Positions 47,160-61,261 of a stretch of 64,000 nucleotides of DNA are shown one piece after another. The notes below the pieces were generated by a model. It searched no databases. It was not told the origin of the DNA and worked only from the letters and a program-made list of their open reading frames with translations. Position 1 is the stretch's first letter. Each line of letters opens with the position of its first letter. The DNA is from Geosiphon pyriformis uo1 (Eukaryota > Fungi > Glomeromycota), in the NCBI GenBank assembly GCA_016748015.1, contig JAAOMT010000230.1:160669-224668 (forward strand). The letters run 5' to 3'. The position numbers were made by a program, and so were the translations under genes.

Positions 47160-49862
47160 CTACAAAATTGTTTCTTTAAGTGTGAAATCAAACTCCTTAA
47201 AGGCAGCCATAAAATGATCCCGATCTTCTCGTTCCTTCGTTTCTTCCAAAGCGCAAGCCTTCCAACTTGCACGATCAGGGCACCCCAACAGTTTGGCAAT
47301 TACTTTTCTACAGATTTGAATTTCAAACATGGAAAAATAGACAAAGCAATCAATAAATGCTATTGGGAAAGCTGGAAAAGAAAAATATACCTTCCAAATT
47401 GCTGATCAAATTTCCTTGATTTCTTGAAGTTGTAAGATAATATTTGTTGATCTGGTAATTCTACGCGGAAATTACTCATATCAGGATTCTCTGCTGGAGC
47501 CTCATCAAACGCCCATCCTGCAGCTTTAGCCTCTTCAATAAACTTATTTTTGATGTTTTTTGAAGAGTACTTCAAAGGTATGGGAATTGCCTGTATATGA
47601 GCGTGATGCCATCCCCCTTGGATAGAAACTTGGTATGTCAAAAGATCGGCGCCAAAATGTTTATACATCGTTCGCAACCCATTCTTATAGTTTTCAATTT
47701 CTTCCAACATCTTGAGGTTAATATCAGGGGGCGCTTGGAAGAATGTCTCGTAATGGGCAAGAGATATCTGTTTGAAATATAAAATGTAGATCAAGAAAGA
47801 GAACCTCGGCAAGGTTACTCTTACATGTTTGTTGTTGAATATGAATATCTTCTAAATAACAAAATGACTTACAATTAGGACGTGACCACCTCCAGGTACA
47901 ATTGGTGATACTAATTCGTTTGTAGTATCAATTAAACCTCCTTTAGCAACCTATATGAGCAATTATTATATGACGTCAATGACATTGGTCATTTTACTTG
48001 AGTGATAGGAGGGTTTTTATTGAATACTCACAGCCATATAAATCTCGGAGGCAACCGAAAGAACCATGCTAAGAGACGAGATTTTTAAATTTAATATGAT
48101 ACTAACTCCAGAAGGGGAAATTGGGGAGGAAAATACTTACTGCTTTTCAAGTTGAGGATTCCTTAAGCAGAACCAACAAGGCTTAGCTATTTAATAAAAA
48201 GAAGAGGGTTGTCATTGATAGGACGCGCTCAAGAGAGTGAATAGTTGTGAAAATCTCAGAACACCATCACATCGAACAGACTTACCAATCGGTTTTCTCA
48301 GAGGACATTGTTCGAAATAATGCCCTTTTTGTTCACACTGATTGCAAATATAGTTAGGGGGCGGAATTTCTTTTGATCTCGAGTTTGATTTTTCAGGGTC
48401 CTTACAGTCGGCCGTTCTATGTCCTTTCTGGTTACATTTTTTACAAGTAATACAATCTTTGATCCAGTGGCCAGGAATTTGGCATATTTTACATATATAA
48501 TTAGGGGGCGGAGAATCTTTTTGTAGGAAAAGATGAGCTTTGATATCAGATTTGTAAATTTAAGAGATTATGGAACAATTTTTACTAACTGTGGTCTTCT
48601 GTCCGCGCTCGTTTATTAGATGCTTCTTCAATACCGTTTTCTTCCTCAGCTTTGTGTTTTCCTCCTGATATCTTATTTCTAGATTCAAGTGGGCAATCCG
48701 TAACGTTCCCAGGAATCTCAAATTGATGAAAATTCCCTAATCTAGATAAAGGTACCAGGTTGAACCCATAATACCACTGAGATATAAAAACAAAGATCAA
48801 CAACGCAAACGAGAAAAGAATGTTTCTTGATATCATAGAATAAAACTTAACCTTGTGCTTTTCGGGATTAGCGACTAATGAGAAAATTGGGAAATAATTA
48901 ACATTGTTGTAATTGATATAAATTTAAAAATAGCAAGAACTTATTCAGTTGACCTTCAGCTAATCCAATGAACCATGTGGGATATATCCTAGTTTCAATT
49001 GCCATCATATTTTCCATTTTCTCTGTGGGGTCGGGTGCGTTCATGTATGGCTCACGTTCATAAAATATTTTTGCCTCAGTAGCGAAATGATACCTCGGTT
49101 TAGTATTGATCGCGATATCTGAAATACATTGGGAGCCGAAATCGTATGATAGACGGCGACTACCATCTTTCTCAAGATTTTTTTGAGAGAAACGGGTTAT
49201 TCCTTTTGGCCATTGATGGCTAACCAAAATATCTACTGAAGAAATATTAATGTCTGAGGATTCGGGTGATCCACCGGCAAAGGCAATTTTCACCCCATGA
49301 GTTGTCCTTATACTACCATATTCCCCTAATGTATGAAATCATTCATAAGTAATTGGACGAATATGTTTTTCAAGTTCAAACTGAGAACACACCGAGATAT
49401 TTCAAATTCCTGCAAACTTCTCCATCCTTGGTTTCGATTAGTTCTTTTATTTTTGTGGGAAGGGGATTCTTTCCACGCATAAAATATGACTCAATTGGAA
49501 CTGGCGGTTGGATATTAAGACGTATTTTGAGTCAAGAAATTTGTATTTTTTTTCGGAATCGACGTTTGAGAATATTTCAACGAAAAATTTACCAGTGATT
49601 TCGTTAGCTAACAATGAGGTAAGATCTTTTTCGTTGGTCTCATCAAAAAGATCGCCGACACACAATAAAAAATCAAAAGGGCCATATTTCGTATTTATTT
49701 TATTGACTGCCTTGAAGAATTCGATTAATTTTCCGTTCGCTGATCCAGTAACCAATCTATAAAGATCGAAAAACAAGATTGTTATTTAAATAGGAGATCC
49801 TTGAAAAATGCCTAAGTAGAAAGCAAAACTTACACCCTGACCAGAGGTTGTGATAAATCCAT
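47160..49862 (-). CDS. CWF19L1: CWF19-like protein 1 (Drn1/CWF19L1), multi-exon
   Basis: N-terminal pseudo-metallophosphoesterase (GPFDFLLCVGD, DILVSHQWP, KPRYHF, FYEREPY); CCHC knuckles; CwfJ C-terminus (CWFCL, GGHVLI, HAHIQAIP, QFGR, FDFT). Confidence 0.9.
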
Positions 49863-50850
49863 AAGTTTTTCTTTTTTAACTTTTTGGACACAGTGGGTAC
49901 GGTATATTTGAAGGTCAGATAGCAACTAATATTTTTTAGTTATTACTGAAGATGGCATCTTAATAGATGTGATTAGTTGCGATCATTATTTGTCACATCT
50001 GCAATCCTATCTTTAATATTAAACTTGATGGATATATTATAATAGAATAAACAAGTTATGAAATATGGAATTTTTATAATTTATAAATTTAATAATAATA
50101 ATAATAATTAATTTGTAAATTAGGTTGTTTTTATTTTTAGTAAAAAAACATAAATATAAATATATTACTATTTTAATATGTATTAATAATTTCAAAATAG
50201 GAATAAAATATTTTAAAATTGTACAATTAAAATTTTTTTATTTTATTTATAATTAATAAAAAAACCAATAACAATAAACACATATAATTAACAAATTAAC
50301 AAATTAAACTTGTTTTTAAAAAATTCATTGTATTTTAAAATTTTTAAAATCAATTAAAAATATTAAATCATAAAAAATACAAAAACTTTTAACATCAACA
50401 AACATAAAAAAAACAAAAACAATAAACTAATATAACATAATTTTTAATGATGATGAAAAAGCGGATCATTTGTCATTCAAATCCTGATTCCAACAAGAAA
50501 GATCTTCTAGTTCGTGCGTCATTTAATGAAATCATTGATCTTTTCTGAAAACCAGTTTAAAAGAGCTAATTCATAAAATGGCTTATAGGGGCTTTGGGGG
50601 CACCGGTTTCTCAAACATCTCCGATTATATTGAAGCACAGTGATCGGTGAGGCTGGAAGTGAAATCAATTGATAAATAAATACCGAAAAGAAGATGTTAG
50701 AGAAAATCAAAAATTTCCTATTTAAAAATGTTGCCTCCACTTTTCACACAAAAAACCACCTTGGCCAGCTTTATTAAATTTTGTTTAACTACTTTCTCCA
50801 TAGTCACCCTATTGCTCACTATTGTATTTTTTGACAGAACAGTAGCAGAC

Positions 50851-51434
50851 ATGCCTGGTAGGAAATAAAACTCTCTCCCAAACATCGATACAATTTTGTA
50901 TCAAGGTTTTCTTTGGAGGCTTTGCTTCATAACATAAATGCTTACTTTTTTACTCCCTTTTAAATAATAATTATCTTGAAAATATTCTATTTGCAGATAA
51001 AAAAACCTATAGAATTCTCTTCAAGGATGATACACCTAACTCGGTTATCGAAAAGTACGTAAACGATATTAAAGCACAAGGTAGTCATAAAAATTCAATT
51101 ATTCTTTTTCTTGATCATTTCCATAAATGCATGAGATCTCATGCATTTTCACGATGAATGACTTTGATTTAATTTGGGTAAAATTTTCATCTCAAAAGGC
51201 GGCGAAGCTTATAAAAACAAATTGTACAAAGGTATAATTGCTACCGTACCCCTGACGCTTTTCAGTAAGTCTTTGACCTCATAAATTTCGATTTAGTAGA
51301 TTTCATTTCTTGTTCTAATCGATATGCCATTAACTCCCTCATCCGGGATTTTATGAATAGATTCGTTCTCCGATTCTGCTGGGCCACATATAGATACTGT
51401 CGAGGAGGAAGGCACAGTCACAACTCAAAATTGA
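50851..51434 (+). CDS. Small peptidase inhibitor I9 family protein (protease B inhibitor/POIA-like), 4 exons
   Basis: Spliced product MPDKKTYRILFKDDTPNSVIEKYVNDIKAQGGEAYKNKLYKGIIATVP...IDTVEEEGTVTTQN, with GT-AG introns. Missed by the ORF track. Confidence 0.75.
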
Positions 51435-51922
51435 TTATTTATATATATATGGAAACTCATAAATGATATGTTTATAAGATACTTGAAGGATCAAAGCCTG
51501 AAGTTTTGGCCTATTAATTGTATTTATTAAAAAGAGTTCGAAATTGTCAATAAAATTATCGAATCTCGGCATTTTTTGCTTCAGAAAAGGAAGTGTGTTT
51601 AATTTTCGATTTGATTTCTTCTGGGAGCTTAGAATTCAAAATATATCCATCTATTACGAAAACCTTGGTCTCCCCCAGATCAGTTTTACACTATTGACAA
51701 TTGATCGCCTCAAAGCTCAAAGGTTTCTCGGAAGAAAAAAGAAGTGGTCCCTCTATTCTTGAAAAAAATTCTATTTTTTTTAGCAATGATCTTCATTTGA
51801 TTGGATAATTATTTAATTGCCCACTGGCTTATGAAATTCCTTTGGTACATTAATTACCAATTTGTAACGCGGTTTTAAAACTGTTAAAACAAAATTTTCC
51901 ACAGTAAAACTTCTTTGAAAAG

Positions 51923-53120
51923 ATGGATAATCGTGGATGTAGGTATTAAATTACAAGCTTCTTGTTTAATCTTTTTCACTATAATTCTTTATAATCCTTA
52001 AAAGCTTCACTAACTGAAGATCATCTTAGGAAGTTTAAACAATGTTCCCGAAATAAATTAATACGAGTTTTTGCCCTTTTTAACCTCTTATTTGTCAGTC
52101 GTCCAATTTAGTAAAGGCGGACGTACAATTTGGGGTGGTAGAGGCATCACACCCGAAACGTTGAAACATACAAGATGGGCTTGGGAAACTTGTGACGATA
52201 CTAGACACATTGAGGTGGTGGTGAGACCTGCTCCACCAAAAGGAATTTACAAAAGTATAATTTTAATTGTTTAACCTTATTTCTGGTTCAAATTCTCTGT
52301 TTCATCCATCTATCTGTTAACTTCAAGGAGTGGATAAAAGGAAAATGAAGGTTAAGGGTCGGTATGTGTTCGAGGAAGATCGGGAAGTCGTCGGTAAGTA
52401 ATGAGAATAATGGTTTTGAAATAAACTGCTCATAAATCTTTTTGATTGAAATAATCTTTTGATTTTAGAAGAAGCAATTGCTACCGCATCGCTGCCGCGT
52501 TCTATAACAGATCCCATGGCTTTTGGCCAAAGATATCAACCTGTGGTTGAACCGGAAACTAGCGTGTGCAACGTTTTTGTTGAGAGAGATGGGAAAACGG
52601 GGGAAAGTATGTATTATGAACTTTGAATCATGGTAATTTTATTTTATTTTTACATTGTTTAAATGATCAAGACTAATTAATTTTTCATTCAGGTGTCGTA
52701 AGTCAATCAGCAACAAACCCTGATGACCAGGAATTGGTTGAGGAGGATATGGACAGCGGAGAAAGAGGAAGTTGGGAGTCACTCCTACGCGTTGCACAAC
52801 TAGAGTACTTCCAAATGACTTTTGACCCTGTTGTCCGTTGGCCAACCTTCCCGCCGATCCCCTCACAGGCGATCAGGGCGTACCCAAATTTCTTTCCGGA
52901 TGAAGAGAGCAAGGATGGTGAGAAATCGGAGGTAAGCCCTTTTGCTCATTATATTTCTTTAAATATCCAATCATCAATATTCATCCTCCTTTTAAAATCA
53001 TCAATTTTAACGGACAAACTATTTAAATAGCCAACCTTGACCAAGTTCGTCTTCGATTGCGTGGAGATACCCGTGAAGAGGCGGAGCTTGGATGCATACA
53101 AGTTAGTCAAAAAAGGGTAG
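51923..53120 (+). CDS. Hypothetical protein, multi-exon; exon boundaries tentative
   Basis: GC/CpG-rich exon-like blocks (52098-52255, 52327-52394, 52449-52607, 52693-52931, 53031-53120) join in frame across AT-rich GT-AG introns; no family recognised. Confidence 0.55.
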
Positions 53121-53192
53121 AAATCATAGGTAGGTTGACCGCATGTTTTGATGGAAGTGAGGAGGAAATAAGGCTATTGTGTTATTTATTTG

Positions 53193-53291
53193 AAATAAAT
53201 AAAATAAAATAAAATAAAATAAAATAAAATAAAATAAAATAAAATAAAATAGAAATAAAAATAAAAATAAAAATAAAAATAAAAATAAAAA
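53193..53291. repeat. (AAAAT)n/(AAAAAT)n microsatellite
   Basis: Read directly. Confidence 0.95.
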
Positions 53292-53413
53292 TTCTTTGTT
53301 TTAATTGATCATCTGTAAATCGATCCATAACAAGCGAAATCCCCAATTGTATATAAATGCCGTCAAAAAAAATTACATAAACTGAATTATCGGCTTTTAA
53401 ACTCGTTTTTTTT

Positions 53414-55348
53414 ATGACACACGTTTCTCCTACCTTCGAGTTTCTATTCGACCTACAGTGTCCTTGGGCATATATCGCGTCTAGGCGTATATCTGCTTTA
53501 GCTAAACGGACGCGAGGAAAAGTTTTATGGACCCCGGTGCTGTTGGGTGGTCTTTATGAGGCAACGAAGGCGCCCCAGGTGAATTTCGAGAACACCACCT
53601 TTTACTCTTAAATGTTTTGCTGCCAATATAAAATAGGATGAAACAGAAACGTGAGACAAATGAATAGCCAAGATTGCAAATTCTTCACAGCCTCGATCAA
53701 TTAATGCTAAAGAACCTACAAATTAATATTAATTTTCTTGAATCCATGTTATACTTTATTTTAAATATTGATGAAAGGGTAAAGCTGGTAAAATTTGAAT
53801 TGATATTTTAAAGTATTCGTTTCTTGAGCTTTCTTTTTTTGTCATTGTAAGTATGTGTTTATCGAGCTTCCTTTTTAAATTTAGGAAGTGCGACGGATGA
53901 GATGATACCTCAGAAACTCGCGTATAATCAGATTGATTTACGGCGGACACTTAAAAGATATAATCTCGATATTAAATTTCATCCAAAGCATCCTGTGAGA
54001 ACAGTAGATGGTGAGTAGGCTTGAATGATTTTGCCAGAAATCTTTTCATCTTTGTTCTCACAATTGATCATTAATCTTTGACCGAAACAATATTTTTAGC
54101 ACTCCGATTATTACATGCAACACCCGATTCGTACCGTGAAGAACTGACCCATGCGCTTTATCATTCTTATTGGGTCGACAATGACGATATCAGCGACCGT
54201 TCCTTTCTCCTTGAAAAAGCCAAATCACTCAAAATTCCCTATACTGATGAGTATCCACTAGACAACTCCTTATTCACCAATAAAGCAATTCAAAATCGTC
54301 TTCAGGATGCTACACAACAAGCATTCGAGCGTGGTGCCCCGGGTGTTCCTTCATTTTGGATCAACGATTATCAGGGTGGTCGCTTATTTTGGGGCCAAGA
54401 TCGCTTGCATTTTGTCGAAGGAGTAATGGAATCTTTATCACGTGGTATCAAGCTAGAAGAAATTGAGGATATTCTGCGATTTTATCCCAGACTTATTCCA
54501 AGGGGCACGAAAAGTGTACACGAGAGAAGGCTAAGATTTTGGTTTGATTTTGCCTCACCATGGTCTTTTCTTGCTTATACCCAGCTTGAGAGGATTCAAA
54601 GCGAGGCTGGCGAAAAAGTCATTATCGAGTATATGCCAATTGTGTTAGGTGGATTGTTTAAAAGGTAAATGTATAATATATTTCATGGTTTGTTCATATA
54701 ATCTCTTAAAGAGACTTATTAATTTTATTTCTACTTTAAATCTGTTTTAGCGTACGTTCTACACCGTTTCTTTTGAATACGTTGTCTCCATCAAAATACC
54801 GCTACTTTAGGCAGGATTTATCGGACTGGACAAATTTCTGGAATATCGTAGGCTTACAGTCAAATTCCAAGTTTAAACCCTTTGAATTAAATTGGCCTGA
54901 TATTTTCCCAATTCGCACCATTACTGCATCACGCGTCTTTTTATTGGAACCGAAAACTATTGATTGTATTTGTACGTAATTCCCCCTTTTTAGATTTTCA
55001 ATAATACCAATCTAACCTAATTTTTCATATATCGCAGTTAGAGCAGCTTGGTCAGATAATGTTCGAATTGGAACCTCGGATGAGATCCTCGCGTCCATAC
55101 TTACAAAAGCGGGATTTGATGGAGCCGCATTAGTTCTCGCCGCAAATGCCAATGTCGACAATGTGAAAGGACGTTTACTTTCGAATACGGCACTGGCGGA
55201 ACAGAAAGGGCTGTTTGGACTTCCCACTTTTCAGGTTGATGAAGGGGAATTAGTGTGGGGCCAAGATCGAATTAATATAGTTGAAGATTTCTTAGTTGGA
55301 TGGCAGTATCAAAAAACCTCGGAAGAATATCCCATTTCTAAACTGTGA
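53414..55348 (+). CDS. Kappa-class GST / 2-hydroxychromene-2-carboxylate isomerase-like protein with two tandem DsbA-like domains
   Basis: Domain 1 FLFDLQCPWAY...GAPGVPSF...FWGQDRL; domain 2 FWFDFASPWSF...GLFGLPTF...VWGQDRI. Includes a 10-nt microexon at 53778-53787. Confidence 0.88.
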
Positions 55349-55883
55349 CAAGAATAGTATACCATCATATTGTAATTCCAGATCTATAAATTATTTATTG
55401 TGAATTCCCTTATGACAAATTTAGGTTTGAGAAACACATTATGGCTAACAGGAGACTTGAACCGTTTTGTAAAATTTTTCATAGTAGAACGAGTTATTAG
55501 GGATTAATTAAAAACGCATCCAAAAGCTAAAACAAGATTCTAAAGTTTCGACAGGGATTTTAGCATATTCATCAAAGTCAACTCCTTGGTCAAAAATCAC
55601 TAACGACATAGCCGGTTACTGATTAGTATAATTTTTAGTTTCAAATATACGCGAACCAAGAATCATTACACGGAAAATTCCAAATAAATGTTCTCGGTTA
55701 TTACAGGTGGACACTACTAATAATGACTAGATACCATTATTCAAAAAGCAGTCTTCACACCGTACACTTTTGTGCAGCCTCCATCGACTAAAGCTTTAAT
55801 CAAGACCAGCTTGGGAAATCAACTCTTGAAGAAAAAGATCTTGCAAGAAGATTTCTTGCGATTTACATTTCTGTCTGTGATTC

Positions 55884-55888
55884 ATATT

Positions 55889-55914
<26 letters not shown>
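55884..55914. repeat. (ATT)n microsatellite
   Basis: Read directly. Confidence 0.9.
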
Positions 55915-55919
<5 letters not shown>

Positions 55920-56244
55920 AGATATTGTCTCGACTCTAAAAGTAACACTAACGGGTTTTAATACTATTTGGACTTGTTTTTTGTTGTGCTTAAAACATAA
56001 AACTCTTTGGATAATGCTTTATCGTGTGAAAGAGTTGATTTCGCTTTCCGATCAAATAACAAATTTTCCTGTTTCTGATCTTGAGAATTTCATGGAGACG
56101 ACACTAAATAACGTTCTATGATTTCATATGTCATTAAAGTAATCGTCACAATGAAGTAATTTGGGTTGATAATATAATTTTTTCATTATATAAAGAGGTG
56201 GGTATTGGCATAAACTTTTATGCTACCAAATCAATCTAATAATC

Positions 56245-57154
56245 ATGGAAGACCCTTTAATGGAATTGTCAAAAGTTTGTATCTTGAGATTTTTTATAGT
56301 TTTCTGGGATGGTTGAAAGTTCTTGGAATCCAAAAATTTCCCAAAATTTTCAAATTTCATAGATTATCAATGGCTTGCTCGCGACTGATTCAACTTTTAC
56401 TGACCCACTTACTATGAGGGAGTACTGTGAGTTTTCTCGAGTCAAAAGCTAAGGCTAAAGCTGTTAAAACCATTTAAAATTATCTTTTTCCAAATTCTGA
56501 GGTTGATTTTTCAAAGTTACAGAAGACGTTGAGTTTAGACACCCTTTAATCATGGTGAATAGCGGCACAGATTCACGTGAGCATGTTTTATCAGTTTATA
56601 AGTACGCAAGAGGTAAAGAATTTATATCGGGAAAAAATTCAAATATTTTCAGTTGATTTAAATATTAGTACTCAATAGGTCTTTCATGGAACAATCAAAT
56701 CAAGATGCATGAAGTTTGTGAGTACCGTGTTTCGATTAGGAATTACGTTTATTTTTACAAATTCTAAGAAATCAAAACTCAATTTTCTTAGGGTTCAACC
56801 CAATGAAACGGATCGCTTTGGTACATTATACCCAATATACTCACCCACTCTTGTTCCCTTACTTGAAGATCTCTATGAAGTAATATGTCTTTTTAATTGT
56901 TTTAAAAAGTGGTAATTTTCTGTTTATAATAAAATTTTACTTTATTCTCTAGGACAATCACACAGCTAGAATTTCAACAAACAAAAGACAACAAATGGTT
57001 AATATCACGTCTAGAAGATAACATTCCCAATGAAGATATCTTAAATGTCCTGATCCCTTTTTCACGTCCATTCCTAAACTATTTCAAAGCGATTGGTGGA
57101 TTGGCTGCTGTGGGTATTGGACGAGTTTTCGAGAAGGTCGGTTGGTTGAACTAG
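56245..57154 (+). CDS. Fungal NTF2/SnoaL-like fold protein, 6 exons
   Basis: Spliced product MEDPLMELSKIINGLL...EYFTEDVEFRHPL...SREHVLSVY...ITQLEF...KWLISRLEDNI...GWLN; F.HP and terminal I...ED pattern of SnoaL-like proteins. Confidence 0.7.
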
Positions 57155-57613
57155 GGTCACCGATTTGAAATTTAGATTATCTCTGTTGTGATCACGCGTA
57201 AAATTCAGAATTGTTTCTCGGGCCGGCAATTAAGTACTGATTGCATGTTACTATTTCTGTAAATTTGATTTTTTCCAAAGTGGCATGCCTCAGGAACTGC
57301 AACTATTACTGAAAAATATATAATCAAAAATTCTATGAAAGTTGGCAGCAATTTATTGTTAAAAAATATCACTGATAAAATCTCATTCTCTCCCCAAGAA
57401 ATCTATTTTTCGTGGTATCGTAAGTTTACTCCTGTATTGTTACTTTGCAAAATATTTATGTTTTATTTTTAGGTCAGTTATGTCTGGACTTAAGTTTCGA
57501 TTCGAAACATGTTTTCATTTACAGTATTACTTGTGAGAAATCGCTCTTATTCAATAGTCACTTAGTGGACTTATCATAAACAACTTTCTGTCCACAAGAA
57601 AAGGAGAATATAT

Positions 57614-59158
57614 ATGTCTTCGTTTCGCATTCTTCGCACCGCATCTAAACGCGGTCTTCACACACCGCGTACTCTATACAGCACCACAAATTATTCACTC
57701 TCCCTGGGTGCGTGTCGTACTACGCTTTTCCCCTTCGGAAGGATATTAGGACGTGGCTTTGGAAGTGCAGTCGAACAAAAAAGTGGTGGTGGTAGCAGTA
57801 AATTAATTTGGGCGGCAGCAGGCCTCGTCGGCTTCGGTGCCGGTTACTATATCTATTCTTCACCACAGTTTGTGCAACAGTTAACACCGGCAGCAGTCGA
57901 AGCGCCAACAGTTAAAAAAGGAATAGACTATCAGAAGGTCTATAATCAAATCGCCGATATTCTCGAGGATCACGACTATGATGATGGCTCGTACGGTCCG
58001 GTTTTGCTAAGATTGGCGTGGCATGCCGCTGGTACTTACGACAAGGAAACGGGAACGGGGGGAAGTAATGGTGCTACTATGCGGTTCGAACAGGAAGGTG
58101 GTTACAGTGCAAATAATGGATTAGCAATTGCTAGAAATAAGTTGGAACAAATAAAGGCAAAAAATCCAGAGATCTCTTATTCGGATTTGTGGAGTTTGGC
58201 TGGTGTGGTTGCTGTTCAGGAGCTGGTAAGTTTAGAATCTCAATTTCTTGATAAAATAAGGATCTCTTATTTTAATCAATCTCATAAATTTGAATTCTGG
58301 GTAGGGGGGTCCAACAATCCCGTGGAGGCCTGGCCGGTAAAGTAATATTTAACCTTGATCATGATTTTCTGGACTTGCATATTTCGGTTTTGACATTTAA
58401 TGACTTCTAATATAATTTTCTTCAAACCGCAGAGCTGACGCCGAAGCATCGACCACAACTCCTGATGGCCGACTTCCTGATGCAACTCAAGGTCCCAAAC
58501 ATATTCGTGATATTTTTTACCGCATGGGTTTCGATGATCGGTATGAAAATGGTTTCAAACCTGGCAACACTTTTATACACTCGCATATATTCTAAGCCGT
58601 TGATTTTCAAAACTTTAGTGAAATTGTTGTTCTATCAGGTGCTCACGCACTCGGACGGTGCCATTCTGATCGCAGTGGTTTCGATGGTCCATGGACTTTC
58701 TCACCAGTATTGGTTACGAATAATTATTACACAGAACTTTTGGAACAAAAATGGGTAGAGAAAAAATGGAAAGGACCAAAGCAATATGTTGATAAGGCGA
58801 CCGGTGGGTTTTCTTAAATTCTTGCACTTGACATTGTATGCTATTCTTAAAATTCTCACTTATTTTTTTCGTGAATTTTTTTTAGGCACCATCATGATGC
58901 TTCCAACAGATATGGCTTTGATACAGGTATTAATTAAATTTTCATATTTTGTGATAATATAAAATTCAAATTAATTCCTTTTTAACTTAATAATTCAAGG
59001 ATAAGGCATTTAAACCATGGGTAGAGAAATACGCAAAAGATGAGAAACTATGGTTTGAGGATTTCGCAGTTGCCTTTAAAAAACTTCTGGAGTTAGGAGT
59101 ACCGTTCACCGGAAATGAGAAGGAGTACCGGTTTCACACTACAGTCGGGACTTCGTAA
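57614..59158 (+). CDS. CCP1: Mitochondrial cytochrome c peroxidase
   Basis: Arg/Ser-rich presequence and TM segment; [57 protein letters not shown]. Confidence 0.95.
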
Positions 59159-59795
59159 TTATATTTAGACTACCTCTTATAAATACTCTCGGTTCAATTT
59201 ATAATTTCTAATAGTCATGATCTTTTGGAATCGAGATTTTTGTGGCGTGTTTATTTATTTTATAAATTTTGGGTTGATCATTTGTTGAATAGTATGGATT
59301 CATTTACGTTTGTGCGTTGTTCTTGTCAAAATGCATTAATTAAAGAATACGACTTTCTCCAAGGTGAACTTTTAAACCATTCAAAAGTGTGATCTGGTTT
59401 GGGAAATTTGTCTTGAAAAAAATGTAAAATTAGGTTAATGTACAAATACAATGACGTAACGCGAATCTTTCATAATGTTTATGATAATAGACCCATGGGT
59501 TTCATAAAGTAATAAAAATATTATTGAGCTAAAAAAAGTCAAAGAAGGATTTATACAAGCATTAAATAAGGGATATTTCCATTATTACTATTAATAATAA
59601 TCATATGAATACAGAAAAACATACGTCGGAATAAATTGACAGGTCCGATATTACCAAATAAATATTAAATTACCAAATGCGCCCGGAAATGTGTGATAAT
59701 ACTCAAATGGTATCCTGCCGTATCATTATGTAAATAAATTTCCAAGTGGTTATTTGGAATTTCCTACTTGGGAATAAATTCTCTAATTTTTGATC

Positions 59796-61261
59796 TCAAA
59801 TTGACGAATAACCTGGCCTGCCCCCATTCCGAACAAATCGGACAAGCGACTTTGAAAGATCCTTCCAAAGAAATAAAGTTGAGTTGTAATGATAAAATTA
59901 AGTTTAAGCGGAAAGCAGAAATTACTTACTGAAAGCAAATATGGAACATCGCGCCATAAATCTCTATTGATCAATGCAGATTCAAAATGTGTTATTATTG
60001 ATAAATGCAATTAATTAAAACCAAAAGGAGTCTATGCTTACCTATGAGGCAATAAATCCCACCCTGTTGAGCCATAATACTGATAATTATAAGCAGCTCC
60101 AATACCCACATATGTTAAAATAATAATAACCGTACTGGGGATTTAGATGAGCAAGTTTGAATCAGTAAATTCTCTGTTCAGGAAATTTGCAACAGCTTTA
60201 TGCGTTCAAAAGCATCCTGAACTCTCACTCACATCAAGAAGAATTTGGTAAATGCATTTCGTCCTTTTTTCTCGGATGGGGGGCTTGGTTTTCTTTTACT
60301 AAAGTGAGAAAAGAGAATTTAAGTGTTCTGTCAACAATATCGCTGTAAAAAAGCCTTCATACGAGATTGATTTAAAAATAAATCTTACCCACAAACTTTA
60401 TTCGAGATCAAATGTATTTTTAGGACATTATCTTGATAGCTTGAGATTTTGTATTCTTCATTATCTGCATTCTAAAAAGTCACTTAAAAAATTTCATTAC
60501 CGCAAACATAATCATGCCTATATAAGCTGCAAATTCAAACTCACCTTTTCGCAGAAAAAAGTAAAATGGGCTTGCTGAGCAGCATTCATGTAAAATCCTC
60601 CGTGCAGTGTCAAACTAAGTGGACCTATTAAAACAAACCAGTGCTCTTAAGCTAATGATTATATCTCTAAATTAGAATTATTATATCAAATTCTCATCCT
60701 TTACCTGGTTCATCATCATTTTTTTCCAGGCGTGCAAGCTTCCATTCGGGATCTAATTTTCGTTCTGGAGAATCCGCGGCAACTGGTATAATCTGAGCGA
60801 TCTCTTTAGACCCATTTAGAAATGTATAACTGATTATATCACAAACATAAGAATCGGGCGCACATTGGGTATTATTTAGTGGTCCACAAGGGTTGATCTG
60901 ATAAACTGTTTCTCTTTTTGTTGGCGGAGTTTCTTCTTCAATTATTGTATTAATTTGTCTGAAAGAAAACGTTCATTTAGTAAAGAATGCAGCATGTATC
61001 AAAGATTTCTTAAACCCATGAGAAATGAGTGTTCAAAGCTTAAGGATTAAACATAAAGCTGGAACCACTTTCCAGAAACAAACAAACAAACAAACAAACA
61101 ATGCCAAGAGTTAAACAAAGTTACTTGTTAAGCGCTGTCAAATCGAAAATAAATCCTTCTTGTTCAATTTCCGAACAATTAAAAGCTTTAACGAGCGAAA
61201 AATTTAAGAATGATAAAAATGCGAATACTCCAAGGATCCTAGAAAATTTGTGGATTCCCAT
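59796..61261 (-). CDS. ATG27: Autophagy-related protein 27-like (MRH-domain type I membrane protein)
   Basis: Signal peptide, FDLTAL, TPPT, INPC, TM + YNY..YG.TGWDLLPH.D.WRDVPYL, C-terminal GYSSI sorting motif. Confidence 0.85.

Noticed and set aside
53414-59158. Possible oxidative-stress or metabolic gene cluster (kappa GST, NTF2-like, CCP1)
   Set aside because: No shared pathway or regulatory motif is visible; adjacency alone is insufficient.
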